A DNA stretch of 64,000 nt from Pocillopora damicornis. Lineage: Eukaryota. The notes under the pieces are model-generated. The model searched no databases, was not told where the DNA came from, and saw only the letters and a program-made list of their open reading frames with translations. Where the stretch lies: NCBI RefSeq assembly GCF_003704095.1, contig NW_020847750.1:372001-436000 (forward strand), read 5' to 3'. Positions 49,105 to 60,956 of the stretch are shown here, in pieces (the first letter of the stretch is position 1; the number at the start of each line of letters is the position of its first letter). Made by a program: the position numbers and the translations under genes.

Positions 49105-52100
49105 ATGGAAACCAAAGGTGACCAATTTGGAAGACGAATGGTAAGTAAATTTAACTGGGTAAATGTTTATTTAAACCCACTAAAAGTTGTGATGTTTAAA
49201 TTATCATAAAACTTGTTCACTAAGTAACAAAACATGCGACAAGGTGTATTTTTCCCCGATGTTAGATTTCTTATGCATTCTGCGTTTAGCTCTCGGAAAA
49301 TCTCTTGGCTGTCCACAAAGGAAACCCAGTAGCAATGCATTTAGATATTTGAGTGTTCTTTTTGCATCTTGCGGTGAAAGGTTGAGATGAGTGATTCCGT
49401 AGAGAAGTTAGTAGAAATAACAAGACGGAGCGATATGCATATTCTGACATTTAGGGAACAGCTAATGCATGCATGATTTTTTTTTGTTTTGTTTTGTTTT
49501 CCTGAAGTCTTTCCCACAAGATAACGCTGGCCATTCAGTGTTTCCACGAAAACCGCGGAATCTCAGCGTAGGGTCAAATAATAACATCGAAGAGGAGAAC
49601 AAAGTCATCAGAGCAGCTGTGCTGGGCAAAGATGGCGTTGGAAAAACCGGTGAGTGGAGAGCCTTTCATGTATTACAATAAAACCGCGACCTTACGAGGC
49701 CTGTCGCACGCGCCTGCAATTGAGGGATTATCACCAAACTTCTCTTGGAGCTGACACGGCAATAAAATGGTTTGAGAGAGCCTCTGGCTATCACGCACTA
49801 GTTGCCGCATGCAAGAGACAGGCATCCAAGGAAGTTCTACCAGGATAAAACGAAATGTCATGATAAAATCAAACGAAGGCTTCTTTACTAAGATTTTGTC
49901 ACCGGATGTAAAAAACATTAACAGCGTTGTAAGAGACTATTTAATGCCAAAATATCCTAAAATAAGTCAGGTAGAGATTTTCTCTGTATGTGCACTGAAA
50001 AAGACGTCATTACTAAGCAACTTTAGAGCGGAGGAATATTGACTGCTCGGCAATCCTGAAAATATTACTCGAATTTTCTTGTAAGTTCGTTGTTTGCAGT
50101 AGGTTTTCATGTGTGCCATACGTCTTTCTTTTCAAATTACCCCAATGTTTGGCGTTTTTCTTCCCTAACAAAATATAGTTTCAAGATTTTAACCTTTGAA
50201 AAACACAAAACACACTCGTCTGTAGCTCTACTACACAACAGTTGAGAACGATAAAAAAAGTTTGCGTGAGTACAGCATCTTCTCGCAGCAGGGAACCGAA
50301 CATCTTTAGTGAAACCCACTCCACTCACTCATCAAGTTTCCATTTCTAAACTTCAACATATTGACTTTTGGTAGGCGCAACAATGCTTATCGTCAGTAAT
50401 CAGATTTCTTTTATATCCTTCCGGCGTTTCGTGGTAAAGCTGTGACCAAAAATATCTATGTACAAATTCTTAAGAAATGTAAGGTGACATGAAATAAATT
50501 AATCTTTGGACTCTCTTTGATGGGACGACAATTATTCCGTGTTTTCGTACTCAAAAGTTACATTCATAATTTTATTTTAAGCTCTCCAAAACGCCATTGT
50601 ACAGTTCAGCGAAGCGTCAAGCCGCTCTGCTATGCTCCCGATTTTTCATAATTTCCCGATGACCCTTTAAATGGGGGTTTGTTTGTAAACTGATAAAACT
50701 TCCAAAACAATACTGTCGAAAACAAACACCTTGCTGTACGGCGAAACCTTTTGATGTTTAATCTTTCAGTTTTGTCATTTTGTGTTTTTTTATTTGTCTT
50801 TTCCTAATTATATTTACTTAATTGTCTAGTTACTTTTGTACTTTTACGATCACAAATCAATGTTGCCTAGTAGAAGTAATTCTAACTGATCTTTTACCTG
50901 GCTAGTTAACTCCTCAAAAATGATACTTATAGTTCCCTGGTGTGGTTGTTACACTGTACGAGTTGCCTAGTGAATTAGAGATAGGTTGTTATGTCGTGAT
51001 CAGACCCTACAGCTGACATTTTTTTAACAAATACGTTTTTTCTGGATAATATATTGATATTCCAGGGTAACATGAGCAGAGATTAGTTGTTACTCAGTGC
51101 CACTGGTTAAAATTATCTTCTAGTTTCATTCTCTTTTCCTTCTGCTAGCCTTCACTGTTCGTCTTCTGACACGTCGTTACATTGGGGAGTACGACGGCAC
51201 ATTAGGTAAGTTGATAAACACGATAAATACTACCTCACTGTAACAGCTAGTGACTAAATCAATAACGTCCTCTATTCTTGAATCTCTATAAGAATCATTT
51301 TATGAACAACAATCGATTTTCACTTGGAATGTTTTTTAAAATATTTAAATAATTTCAAAGGGGCGACACTTGTTTACGAGTTAGTAGGAAAATTACAGCA
51401 CGTAAGCGGAAAATTCTGATCTGTACCTTTCTCTCAAATAACAATTTATTTCTGAGTCACCCACTTATCAACAGAAGCACAGAGATAAATCTAAACCTTT
51501 TGATACAAAGTTCACGCAATTAGTGCAGATTGTAAGCAGTAACAGACGTACAAAATACCTTCAACTTTTCGGTACAAATTTTAAAAACTTCAAAGAAAGA
51601 ATACTACTGACTTCGAGAAAACGTTTCAGCAGGGTTAGAGAAATTTCAAACATTGGCTTTGCTACCAGAATGTACCGCTAACTAAACAACATTGCGTTCG
51701 TTCACGTATAAAAGCATAAACCTGACTAACTCACTAACAGACTGAAAAGATGAGGATCGCGCAAGGTGTTATCTTAGGAAGGCATTTAATTAGTTTTGAA
51801 TTAGCGTAAACAGTAAAAGAATTCCTCAAATTTTTTTTAAACCACAGAGAGCTGGTATCAGCATCGCGTTGATATAGAAGGACAAGAGGTCTTATTTCAT
51901 GTTTTTGACACAGCTGGCAAGGTATCAACCCTTTCCTTGTTACTTATCTTTTTTTGCAATCCTTTGATGTTGAAGATTTCATCGATTTCGGGGAATTATA
52001 GTTAGTGATGTCTCTGATCTCTCCACAATTTTTATTTATTGGTTCGTGTAAAGCTTTATCTGGATATTGTAACAGTTATTTAGTGATAACAGCACAACAT

Positions 52101-53502
52101 GAAGGCGTACAATTCAAGATGTCTGCAATTAATTATTAATTCAACTGCTGTAAACAACCAGTTTTGTCAAGTAAATTATCATTGCACTCCCAATTAGGAT
52201 TGACCTTTTCTTTTGCGATGAGCAGAACGAAGTGACATTTCTATTAGTAAGCAAGAGTAATTTAACTTGTTAATGACTCCAATATTAGTTGTGAAGGAAC
52301 ATCTCCATCTACATTCCAGTCTTGCAGTAATGATATGGCAAAGGCTATTAATGGCTTTCACGGACAATCAATTTGACTACGCATGTGCATACATTTAACG
52401 CTTGGAATCCATGACAGTATCTGAGCAACTGCTCACCTATCCCTCCCCTCACCCGGCAACAGTCGATTGATGACAAGTTAGGGTTAAGTTTCTCAGATAC
52501 TGAAATTGACCCAAGACTTGGATAACGATGGGTACAATCCTGGCAATTGCATATTAATACACAGATAAGTCGAAATCGAACTTTTGACAAGGATTCGAAA
52601 TCCAGTGCAAATCACAAGCCGCCTTCAAGCCCCTTTACTTCTTCATCTGATCACTTTTCATCTTTTAACTCTGAATATTGAAGACTAGGAATTGAACCTC
52701 AGAGGTCCTTTAGGAAATCGTGTTCGTGTGACAGGGCCCATTTTTTTTTTCGACGGCCCATAAGCGCTAACCCAAGGCTAAATTTTAATCCGGGTTTCCT
52801 TAACTCCTTTGTTCAAAAGCCTGTTTGGGATGATTTTCTCTGTTCTCATTAAAGCATCCAATCACAACACTGTAGACAAGAGAAATTCAGCTGGATTTTC
52901 TTTGAAAGCATTCAGATCTGAAATCAAATTTCGCACTTATCTTGGGTTATCTTAACCCAGCTTTGAACAATCAGGCCCTGCAATTTTCTAAAATTTACCA
53001 ATTTCAAAATTTTACACCTCCCTCTCCCTCCTTAACGTCTAACAGTTTTATTTTTAATATAATATTTCAGAATTGCAAAGAAAAAATTGATACCTGTGCA
53101 TCATTGGACATCATATTCGTAGTTTACTCCATCACTGATCGCTCATCGTTCCAAGAGGCCACCCTCATCATCAAATATCTACACGAAACAAAAAATATTC
53201 CCTCGTCAGCGATTTTTCTAATAGCAACGAAAGCAGACCAGAAACGACACACAGAGGTGACAGAATTTGAGGGAAAACTTTTCGCCGTAAACATGGGTTG
53301 TTCATTCCATCAGCTATCAAATTCTGAAGATTTTACTGAGCACAGCAAGATATTGAAACAAACTTATCTAAGAGTATCCCTTGGACATGTACAAAAGACG
53401 CCCAAGTCTCCACTGATGAGGAGATTGAAAGGAGGTTTCAAAAACAAGGGACAAACTGTCATTACAGAACACAGGTACCGATCAGGAAGTGTCGAATTTT
53501 AG
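49105..53502 (+). CDS. RASL11/RASL12/RERG-like small GTPase, paralog 3 (~246 aa, or 235 aa from ATG 49138)
   Basis: Exons 49105-49140 (METKGDQFGRRM), 49508-49649 (...AVLGKDGVGKT), 51149-51205 (AFTVRLLTRRYIGEYDGTL), 51848-51921 (ESWYQHRVDIEGQ...DTAGK) and 53071-53502 (...ATKAD...RYRSGSVEF*). Confidence 0.92.
52405..52513. mobile_element. Palindromic MITE, internally deleted copy of 36001-36152
   Basis: cagtatctgagcaactgctcacctatccctcccc...ctcagatactg. Confidence 0.7.
52732..52980. mobile_element. MITE with CAGGGCC...GGCCCTG inverted termini
   Basis: cagggccc at 52732 and ggccctg ending at 52980; subterminal taaccca/tgggtta. Confidence 0.6.
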
Positions 53503-54752
53503 AGGCAGTCAGTTTCCAATGAAAACAGTTCGCGTAAAAGACCAAGCTGAGAGACGGATTCTTACAAAATCATTCCTTTTCAAGGAGACTCAAAAACATC
53601 CTAATATTTCTAGCAACCAATTGTTTGATGAAAGGTTACGAGCATATTTCCTTTCTCTTTTAATTTTCGCTTTATTTGAAAAAGCTTCTCACAAATTTCT
53701 AATCATTACTCATAAACTGACTCTTATTTAGTTAGCGGCCAAAAAGTAAACATAGTGGTATTTCTAACAGTTTGTAGTTCTGCTATGGTTGTATTCTATG
53801 TCACAAATATAATCAGTCACGTAGGGTCTGCAGCAATTGGAAATTTGTTTGATACCATTTTTAGGAAAGTGATGATAACAAAAGAATCCTATGAAACCAT
53901 TTTAAACTTACTAAAAGTATTCTTAGATCAATTCCGTTTTCGGGGATTTCAGCAGGGTCCAGAAATACTCAATCCCATGTCAGGAACTTTTTGGCACGTG
54001 GAGATCCAGTGCCGCGTGTGCTCGGTCTCCATATTTGAGCAATGCGTACGGGACATAAAAATAATTTTAACCAGAGGAAATCAGTCTCTTAGAATGATTG
54101 TCTCTGAAAGCAATACAGTACCGTGGATTTCAGACGACTGATCATCGGTTTATGCCAGGAATCATGGCATGAACCGTTCCCAAAACCGCCTGCTCTTGCT
54201 CCTTATTAAAGATAAAACAGACAGTGTTTCCTTTTACCTGATGATGAATACTTTACGCCGGTAAGGACGAATCCAGAAATAAAAATGTGTAGAATTACAC
54301 TGTTACCTCGACTTCGCTGATGTTACCTAGAATATTTCGAATTGATAATTTGGTTATTGCAGCCAGTTGATCATGTAAATTGGTCACCGTAGAGAGTTTC
54401 TACAGCTTACAATGAAAAACCTGATTGATCAAGAGCATTCTATCATTGGACAAAAGCGTGTGAAGTTAACATGATAAATGCAATATCTGCAGCGTGTATT
54501 ATCATGTCGAGTACAAAGTATGCCTAGTTTCCAAGCCCCTCGTCCGTGAAGTATTCTCAAACTTTGGCAAACTCAGTGAGGAGTGTTTTCTTTGGCAGTT
54601 TGTTTAAAAATTTTTCAACTAAAGAATTAGTGAGTTCGCTTCTCGGATTATCATGAACTATGAAACCTCGTGTCTGTGTTACTTGTTTCAGCCTTTGGCT
54701 TCGGCAAGTAACGCAGACTTAGGTTTTGATAACTGATGACATAATGCTCAAC

Positions 54753-55065
54753 CTCATCCAATAACTCTTAATTCCCACGGTATCAACGACTGGTATTCGA
54801 CTTATTTTTTCTTGTTTTCTTGTCACCATATTCCCACCAATAGCGTAGCTCCATTTTCTATATACAAAAAAAACATACAACACACAATTCCTCCATTCGC
54901 TCTGACGAAGAGCTAACGCTCTAAACGCCACCTTTGAAACTCTTTACGGTGGCCAATTTACGTTATCGACACAGTTGAAAATACTAAATTGCCCTGTTAT
55001 ACCCTCCCAGCGACGCAGCACCACAGTTTCTATAGAAACTTACCCCCTTAACTCATCCAATAACT
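54753..55065 (+). mobile_element. 5'-truncated Penelope-like insertion with 14-bp target-site duplication
   Basis: Direct repeat ctcatccaataact at 54753-54766 and 55052-55065. The insert starts with LNSHGIND (resembles the end of the PLE GIY-YIG ORF) and has a hammerhead remnant at 54902. Confidence 0.8.
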
Positions 55066-57932
55066 GCTTATTGTCTCAGTAAACATCTTGTAAAAAATAT
55101 GAGCTTTCAAGTTTTAATATTCTTTTGTTCTTTGCTCCTTTTTCACATTATACTGAATCAAACGACATAGTTACTTCATTACGTGAAGGAATTTAGTTTC
55201 CAATGCCTCATTAAGCAAGGTTAAACGTTGATTGGTGTTTTTCACATTTATACATGGGCGATAATTATCAAAGCAGGTGTTTCCTGTGTTTCAATAGAAA
55301 ATAAGATCATTTTCCTATAAATTTCTCATACGATAGGACAAACAAAATTTTGATTTATCCACTAAAAATAGCTTTTTATAACCTGGAGCAGTTCATCTTT
55401 TCATCGATAAAATTTTTCTCACCCGACCTCATAAAGGATTGCCTAAGGCCAGTTACTAAGTGAACATACAAGGTCATCTTTTCATTTGTTCAAAAAACTA
55501 ACCAACTGAAAAAAACGTGCCTCTTTTGTTTAAAATATGTAACACACAGCATAAACTCATTTTTCGCACTTCGTTAAAGCGACATCAAAATGAATTGGAA
55601 CACTCTTAGCTGTAATTTATTTTTCAACAAAAATAGCCAACCTATCCCGTGAAGGGAAGGTCATCAAGTTTGTGTTAATATCACGACAATTTTCTGCAAA
55701 CCCTAAAAATAACTTCCTCAGAGCTGATTTTACATTTAAAGGTTCAAGATCATCGAGGTCTTGCCAGTATAGTCACATGCTTAGAACTAACAAGTGGAAA
55801 GTTCAACCCCATTCTATTTGAGGTATGTTTGAAAATCGTCTCATCATTTCTTCATTCGGAAAATTCAATTTCATAGTTTTCGTTTAGGAGGAATGACTAA
55901 ATAATTACATAATGAGAGCAAAAACAATTGGAACGAATTATAATGGCGCAAATTTTCTGATTACTCAAAGTCCTGATCTTATGTTGGCTATATTAACACG
56001 AGACATTGAACTCATGGAGCTCATTCTGTGTTATAACGTGTTGGGTCTGTTTACAACGGTTCAAAGGACCGTAGCGTGATTCGTGTCCAATCAAGAGAAT
56101 AAGAACTGGGTTTGTGTCTAATCTATTGTAACCGTAAATTTAAGGCCGGCTTTCAACAGCCCAGGCCTTGATGAGCTCCTTCGCAAACAAGTAAACACGA
56201 AATTCAAGCATAATCATCCGAACATGTCACTACGGTGTTCCTTTGTTGATATCAGCGTCCTACTAAAAGCTGGAAGGAAAGAGTTTTCACCCCATCGAAG
56301 CCTTGATTTTTTCTTTTGTGCGACGACCTTAAAAGCGCTCAAACCGTGAAGATCAACCCTTCACATGTGGCAAGTTGTTTAGCTTTTTGCTCCAAAACAG
56401 GTTAGGAGAATACCTTGGAGCTTTTCCTTTACTTTCAAATTTGTTGCATGTAATTAAAAATGTGACCAAGACCATCTTTGTGCATGAGTTGATTGTAGAT
56501 GCTGTCTTACATTCGCTCTCTCTTCGGCATGAACGGCATGCTCTCTCTTCGTCCTTACGGTAACCAAAATATGCCACACTTATGTAATTTGACATAATCT
56601 CTGCACTGAACACGTGCATTACTAGGTCAAAGAGAGGCAGACATGAACATTTTTTTCACTCTCGACTTCCGATAACCGGCCTACCTTTCTTTTCAATAAC
56701 ACTGTTAATGTAAGCCCTTTACAACAAATGTTGCGATACATGGAATGCTTGCAACGATAGCAAGCATTTCAGCACCTAGAAAATAAGTTGGAATATGGAA
56801 CCGCTTTATCTTGAAAGGCAATACCAGCTGTAAGACGTCTCTATCGATCTTTATAGGATTAATATAACATGGCTGCTTAATTAGCTTTAGAATATGCGGC
56901 GTGTTCAACGTTATTGCATGAAATGCAACTAATAAATCCCTGCAACAAGGAAAATCTCTTGATTTTTCAGGAATTGATCCGTTTAACTAAAGGAATCTTT
57001 TATTACAGATCTATGTTTGAAATCAATTTGCACGTAATAATGCTTACCGACGAAACTCTTCACATGCATTATCTGAGAGTTAATTAAATAAATGGTATGA
57101 ACTTTTTATTGGATTAATTGAAAAATCCGAAGGCTGACAGGGAGGTATATCGCGGTGCATTCTCTTGATGTAATCAGCCCTACAAGCAAATTGTACACAT
57201 GATAAAATGTACAGTCTAAGTGTGGGCGACGTAAGGGACACACCTTAAAAGTACTCGCAGCTTCTGCTTCAAATCTTTTGGGGAGTCATACCGGTTTAGC
57301 TAGTTTCCGCTCGAAAAGCAACTTTCACTTATTGCAGTCTGGTTATTTTGGCACGTTTCCACTGCGAATTAGTGAACAAGAATGTTATTTTGCTCTTCTT
57401 TTTTCCAAAAACTTTCCTTTATCGATGGATACTTCCCATTTTCGTATTTCCACAACTTTTTTTTGATACCTTTTTTTGTTTGACTGTTCCCACCATCCCG
57501 AGGGGAACTGGGACACAAAAAACGTGCAGAAATACGCGCCCCTGTCCAAAGTTTGTTCGCCGAGCGATCATCAAATACTTCACTTGATTGGCCGGTTTCC
57601 ATGAGAAATCCAATATTCACATGTTTTTGTACCTCATACGTGCTATTGTCGAAATGCATATGTTTTTCAAGTTGTATCGACCGTGTGAGAAAAAAGAGTC
57701 ATTCAATTTTGAGAGAGTGTATTGAGGAACGCGGTTAGAGTATTTCAACAGTGCAAGGTGTGCTTCTTAATGTTTTGATTAATTTTTTGTTTGTTTGTTT
57801 TTCTTTCTTGCACCTATATATACATATATAATGAAAAACCGATTAACGTCTAGTCTGCAACTCATTTACAGTCGTTAATGTATATTTATGCTTTATTGTT
57901 GTGCTCTGACGCTGATTGACCTCAAAGAGAAC

Positions 57933-60902
57933 ATGAGACGTAAAAGAACGTGTTCAGCGAATCCTTCAAACATCACAAATGTCCACGCGGTGGTGCTTGG
58001 GTTGGATGGCGTCGGAAAATCAGGTAAGTTATAGCCTTGAGTATCACTGTATCATTACAACAAAAGCTGCAGTTGACTCTCAAAATAGCCCCCTCCGCCA
58101 AGAAAAAGACGCCGGGGAACTATCGAGGAACTACCGGAGGAAACGGAACGAGATTTCTTGGGATAACCTAAGATGGACTGGTGTCCCATCCGGGGGGAGC
58201 CTGTAGCAATATTGTTTATCATTTCATGCTACGGGAGTCAGACCGCTAGGATCATAAATTGGCCCATGAAAACAAACCTTAAATTCAACTTTCCAGCTAC
58301 GTTGTCCATCAAAAGGCTTGACTTCTGAAACCAAACTAGGGCTTTCGGAGCTATGAAGTAATCTGTTTCAGAAGTAAGGGAACACAACAAAATGCCAGGA
58401 ATTGGTTGACATTTCTAACTCATAAAGTTAAATTAAAAAAGTTATATACCAAGTAAAATAAATGTATTTATTTTAGTGGACGATTATTCGTCTTTAAATG
58501 CTTGAAAAGATGTTTAACGGCTTTCATCAGGTGCAGGAAAACCACTAAATTATGCATATCAATTACGAGAGTTTTATCGAATATCTTTGTCTTGTAGTGA
58601 TTTCGCAATCAATTATGATCATCAATTTAGGAACTTGCTCTCAGTAACAAACAGAAAAGTGAATCATCAGGCCAAAATAATTGATTTTCAGAGGGTTCCT
58701 AAAATAACCCAGCGTATAAAAACATATGTTTTGATATAATTTTTCAGTTATCAGTCGGGCATCGACGTGGGTATCATAAAGATATCATCGGCGATTGCAA
58801 TTGTTTCAAAATGCGATCAAATCAAGTGGCTTTCCTATATTCTCGAGATTAAGATCGCGGTCTTTTTCTGAAAGCTACGCGCGTGTTGACGTTTTTTCAA
58901 AAACCGCAACAGTTGTCCAATTACGATAAAAGGTTCACCCCAAGAAAGCGGCTAAAAAAATGGAGATATATCGGCCCAAATAGCAGATATTGACTTGGCT
59001 ACCAGGCGTACCTCTTCAAACGCTCCCAGTTATCGCTATTTCAATAAAGTATTTTCACAGAATTTCGCACAACGTCCAGCTGAAAAGTTTTGTTATTAGT
59101 GAAACATTGGAAAAAGAATGACAAGATATGTTGCACACCTGTAAGGCAGACGCGGGCGCAGACTGAAATCTCTCCAGCATCTTCAGATAAAACACTTGAC
59201 TATCAGCCATTCAGACGCCGCCAATGAAAACTGAGTAAATTCGCTCTTACTTCAAAGAATTCATTCAGAAGAATGACCCACAACAACCCATGAGTGGGTA
59301 TCAACAGTACCACAAAATACTGCAACAATAAACATTTACCGAGGGAACAAAACGGGTGCATATGCATAATCTTTTTGCTCCTAATGAAGTGCTTCGCGTA
59401 AGAACTCAAAGGAACAAAGTGAAATCACAATTTAAGGCATCCAAGAGGTCACGTTTAAGGGTGTACTAATCGTTTTCAAAATAACGATAAGAATGAGATG
59501 AGTTCACTAAGCTACGTCTTTGTCTCAACAACTGCTGGCTCAGTTTTTAACACTCAGGGTGAAGTCCAAATGAAATACAAATACTTCCGGTATCTGAATG
59601 CACTGCTGTTGAAACTTATCTAGCATACAAAATAGTGTAACACAGTGAATAAAACCGATTCAAGCTGAACTTCCATGGAAAACTGGAGAAGATACTGAAA
59701 GTAAACAACTTCACCCGTGGCACATGATGCTGAATTTTACATTTGAACGTATCCAACATTCTATGCAGTGCGTGCTAACATGATGGGTATTTCAAAATTA
59801 TCAGTGTTCTCTCAATTATTAAGTTGCATTGAATAAGATACGTGACACTTCAGACTTTTTCATGTTCAAAAACGTTCACCACATTCAAGTAGGGTTTATT
59901 GCTTGAATTCCTTTCATTGCTTCGTAGTTCTTAAAGTTCCATAGAAGATCATCAATGAAGTGGTTGTTTCAGTAGTTACATAGAAAAAATCCCACAGTTG
60001 CAATCGATCTTCGTTTGCACAATGACAAAGGGACACGGACACATACAAACAAAAGGACACGGAAAACTCTGTAAGACGTTTAACCAAACGAAAATATTTT
60101 TTCAGAACCAGAGAACGTGAGAACAGCGAGTAAGAGAGCACTGAACCACACGTATACAAGAAAAACTCGGTGTCACAATGACACGTCCCTAAAGACCTTT
60201 GTCAGTAGAGAGCTTATATACCATATTTGGTGATTTCAGTTAAAATAGCATGACCTACGTGATTCAAATGGATCTTAACGATCATCAGCTTCTAATACTT
60301 AACCGCAGGAACCATGACACTTCCTCTTTCTATGCTGCAGTTCTCGAGGTCAATGTCCTCAAGTCTGTATGTTAAACCGCAAGACAACTTTCGACCATTT
60401 AGACAAAAAAACAAAACAAAAAACAAAACAAAACAAGAGAGATTGCTCGACTTTAAGGTGCAATCTTTTTGTTAACGAAAGGATTGCATGACTTTTTTGA
60501 CATGCCCCTCAGGGCACAGCTGTGATATTTTTTTTTCAAACAAAGTCGACAAATAAAAGCAACGAAGAACCTTTAGATAGAAAAACATGTCTGGGTGTCC
60601 AGCATACCTCCTCTCAGACCGTCAACTGTTGACTTTTCCCCTTGTGATCTAAGTATTGACTTCGTTCAAGTTTCAGTTTCCTTGTGAAGGAGGTTGTTCT
60701 TGCAAACTTTAAGGCCATCTGAACGGTTGGAAATATTTTCTTTCTCTTGATTGACTGGTACAGAAGATAAGAAAGGAAACCTTATTTGAGTGTCAGGTCT
60801 AAAAGTAAATCTAGAGACACTGAGTGGGGAGACTTTCCTTAACATCTAGGCTCCTAAGAATTTGAAAATCAAAATCCTTAAGTTGGAAATTATTATGATT
60901 AC

Positions 60903-60956
<54 letters not shown>

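Noticed and set aside
53755-54141. 128-aa ORF downstream of paralog 3
   Set aside because: GTG start, no recognisable motif or splice support.
41280-56200. Frequent forkhead sites (GTAAACA/TGTTTAC), including a tandem pair near 45235
   Set aside because: The 7-mer is expected often in AT-rich DNA; enrichment cannot be established without computation.
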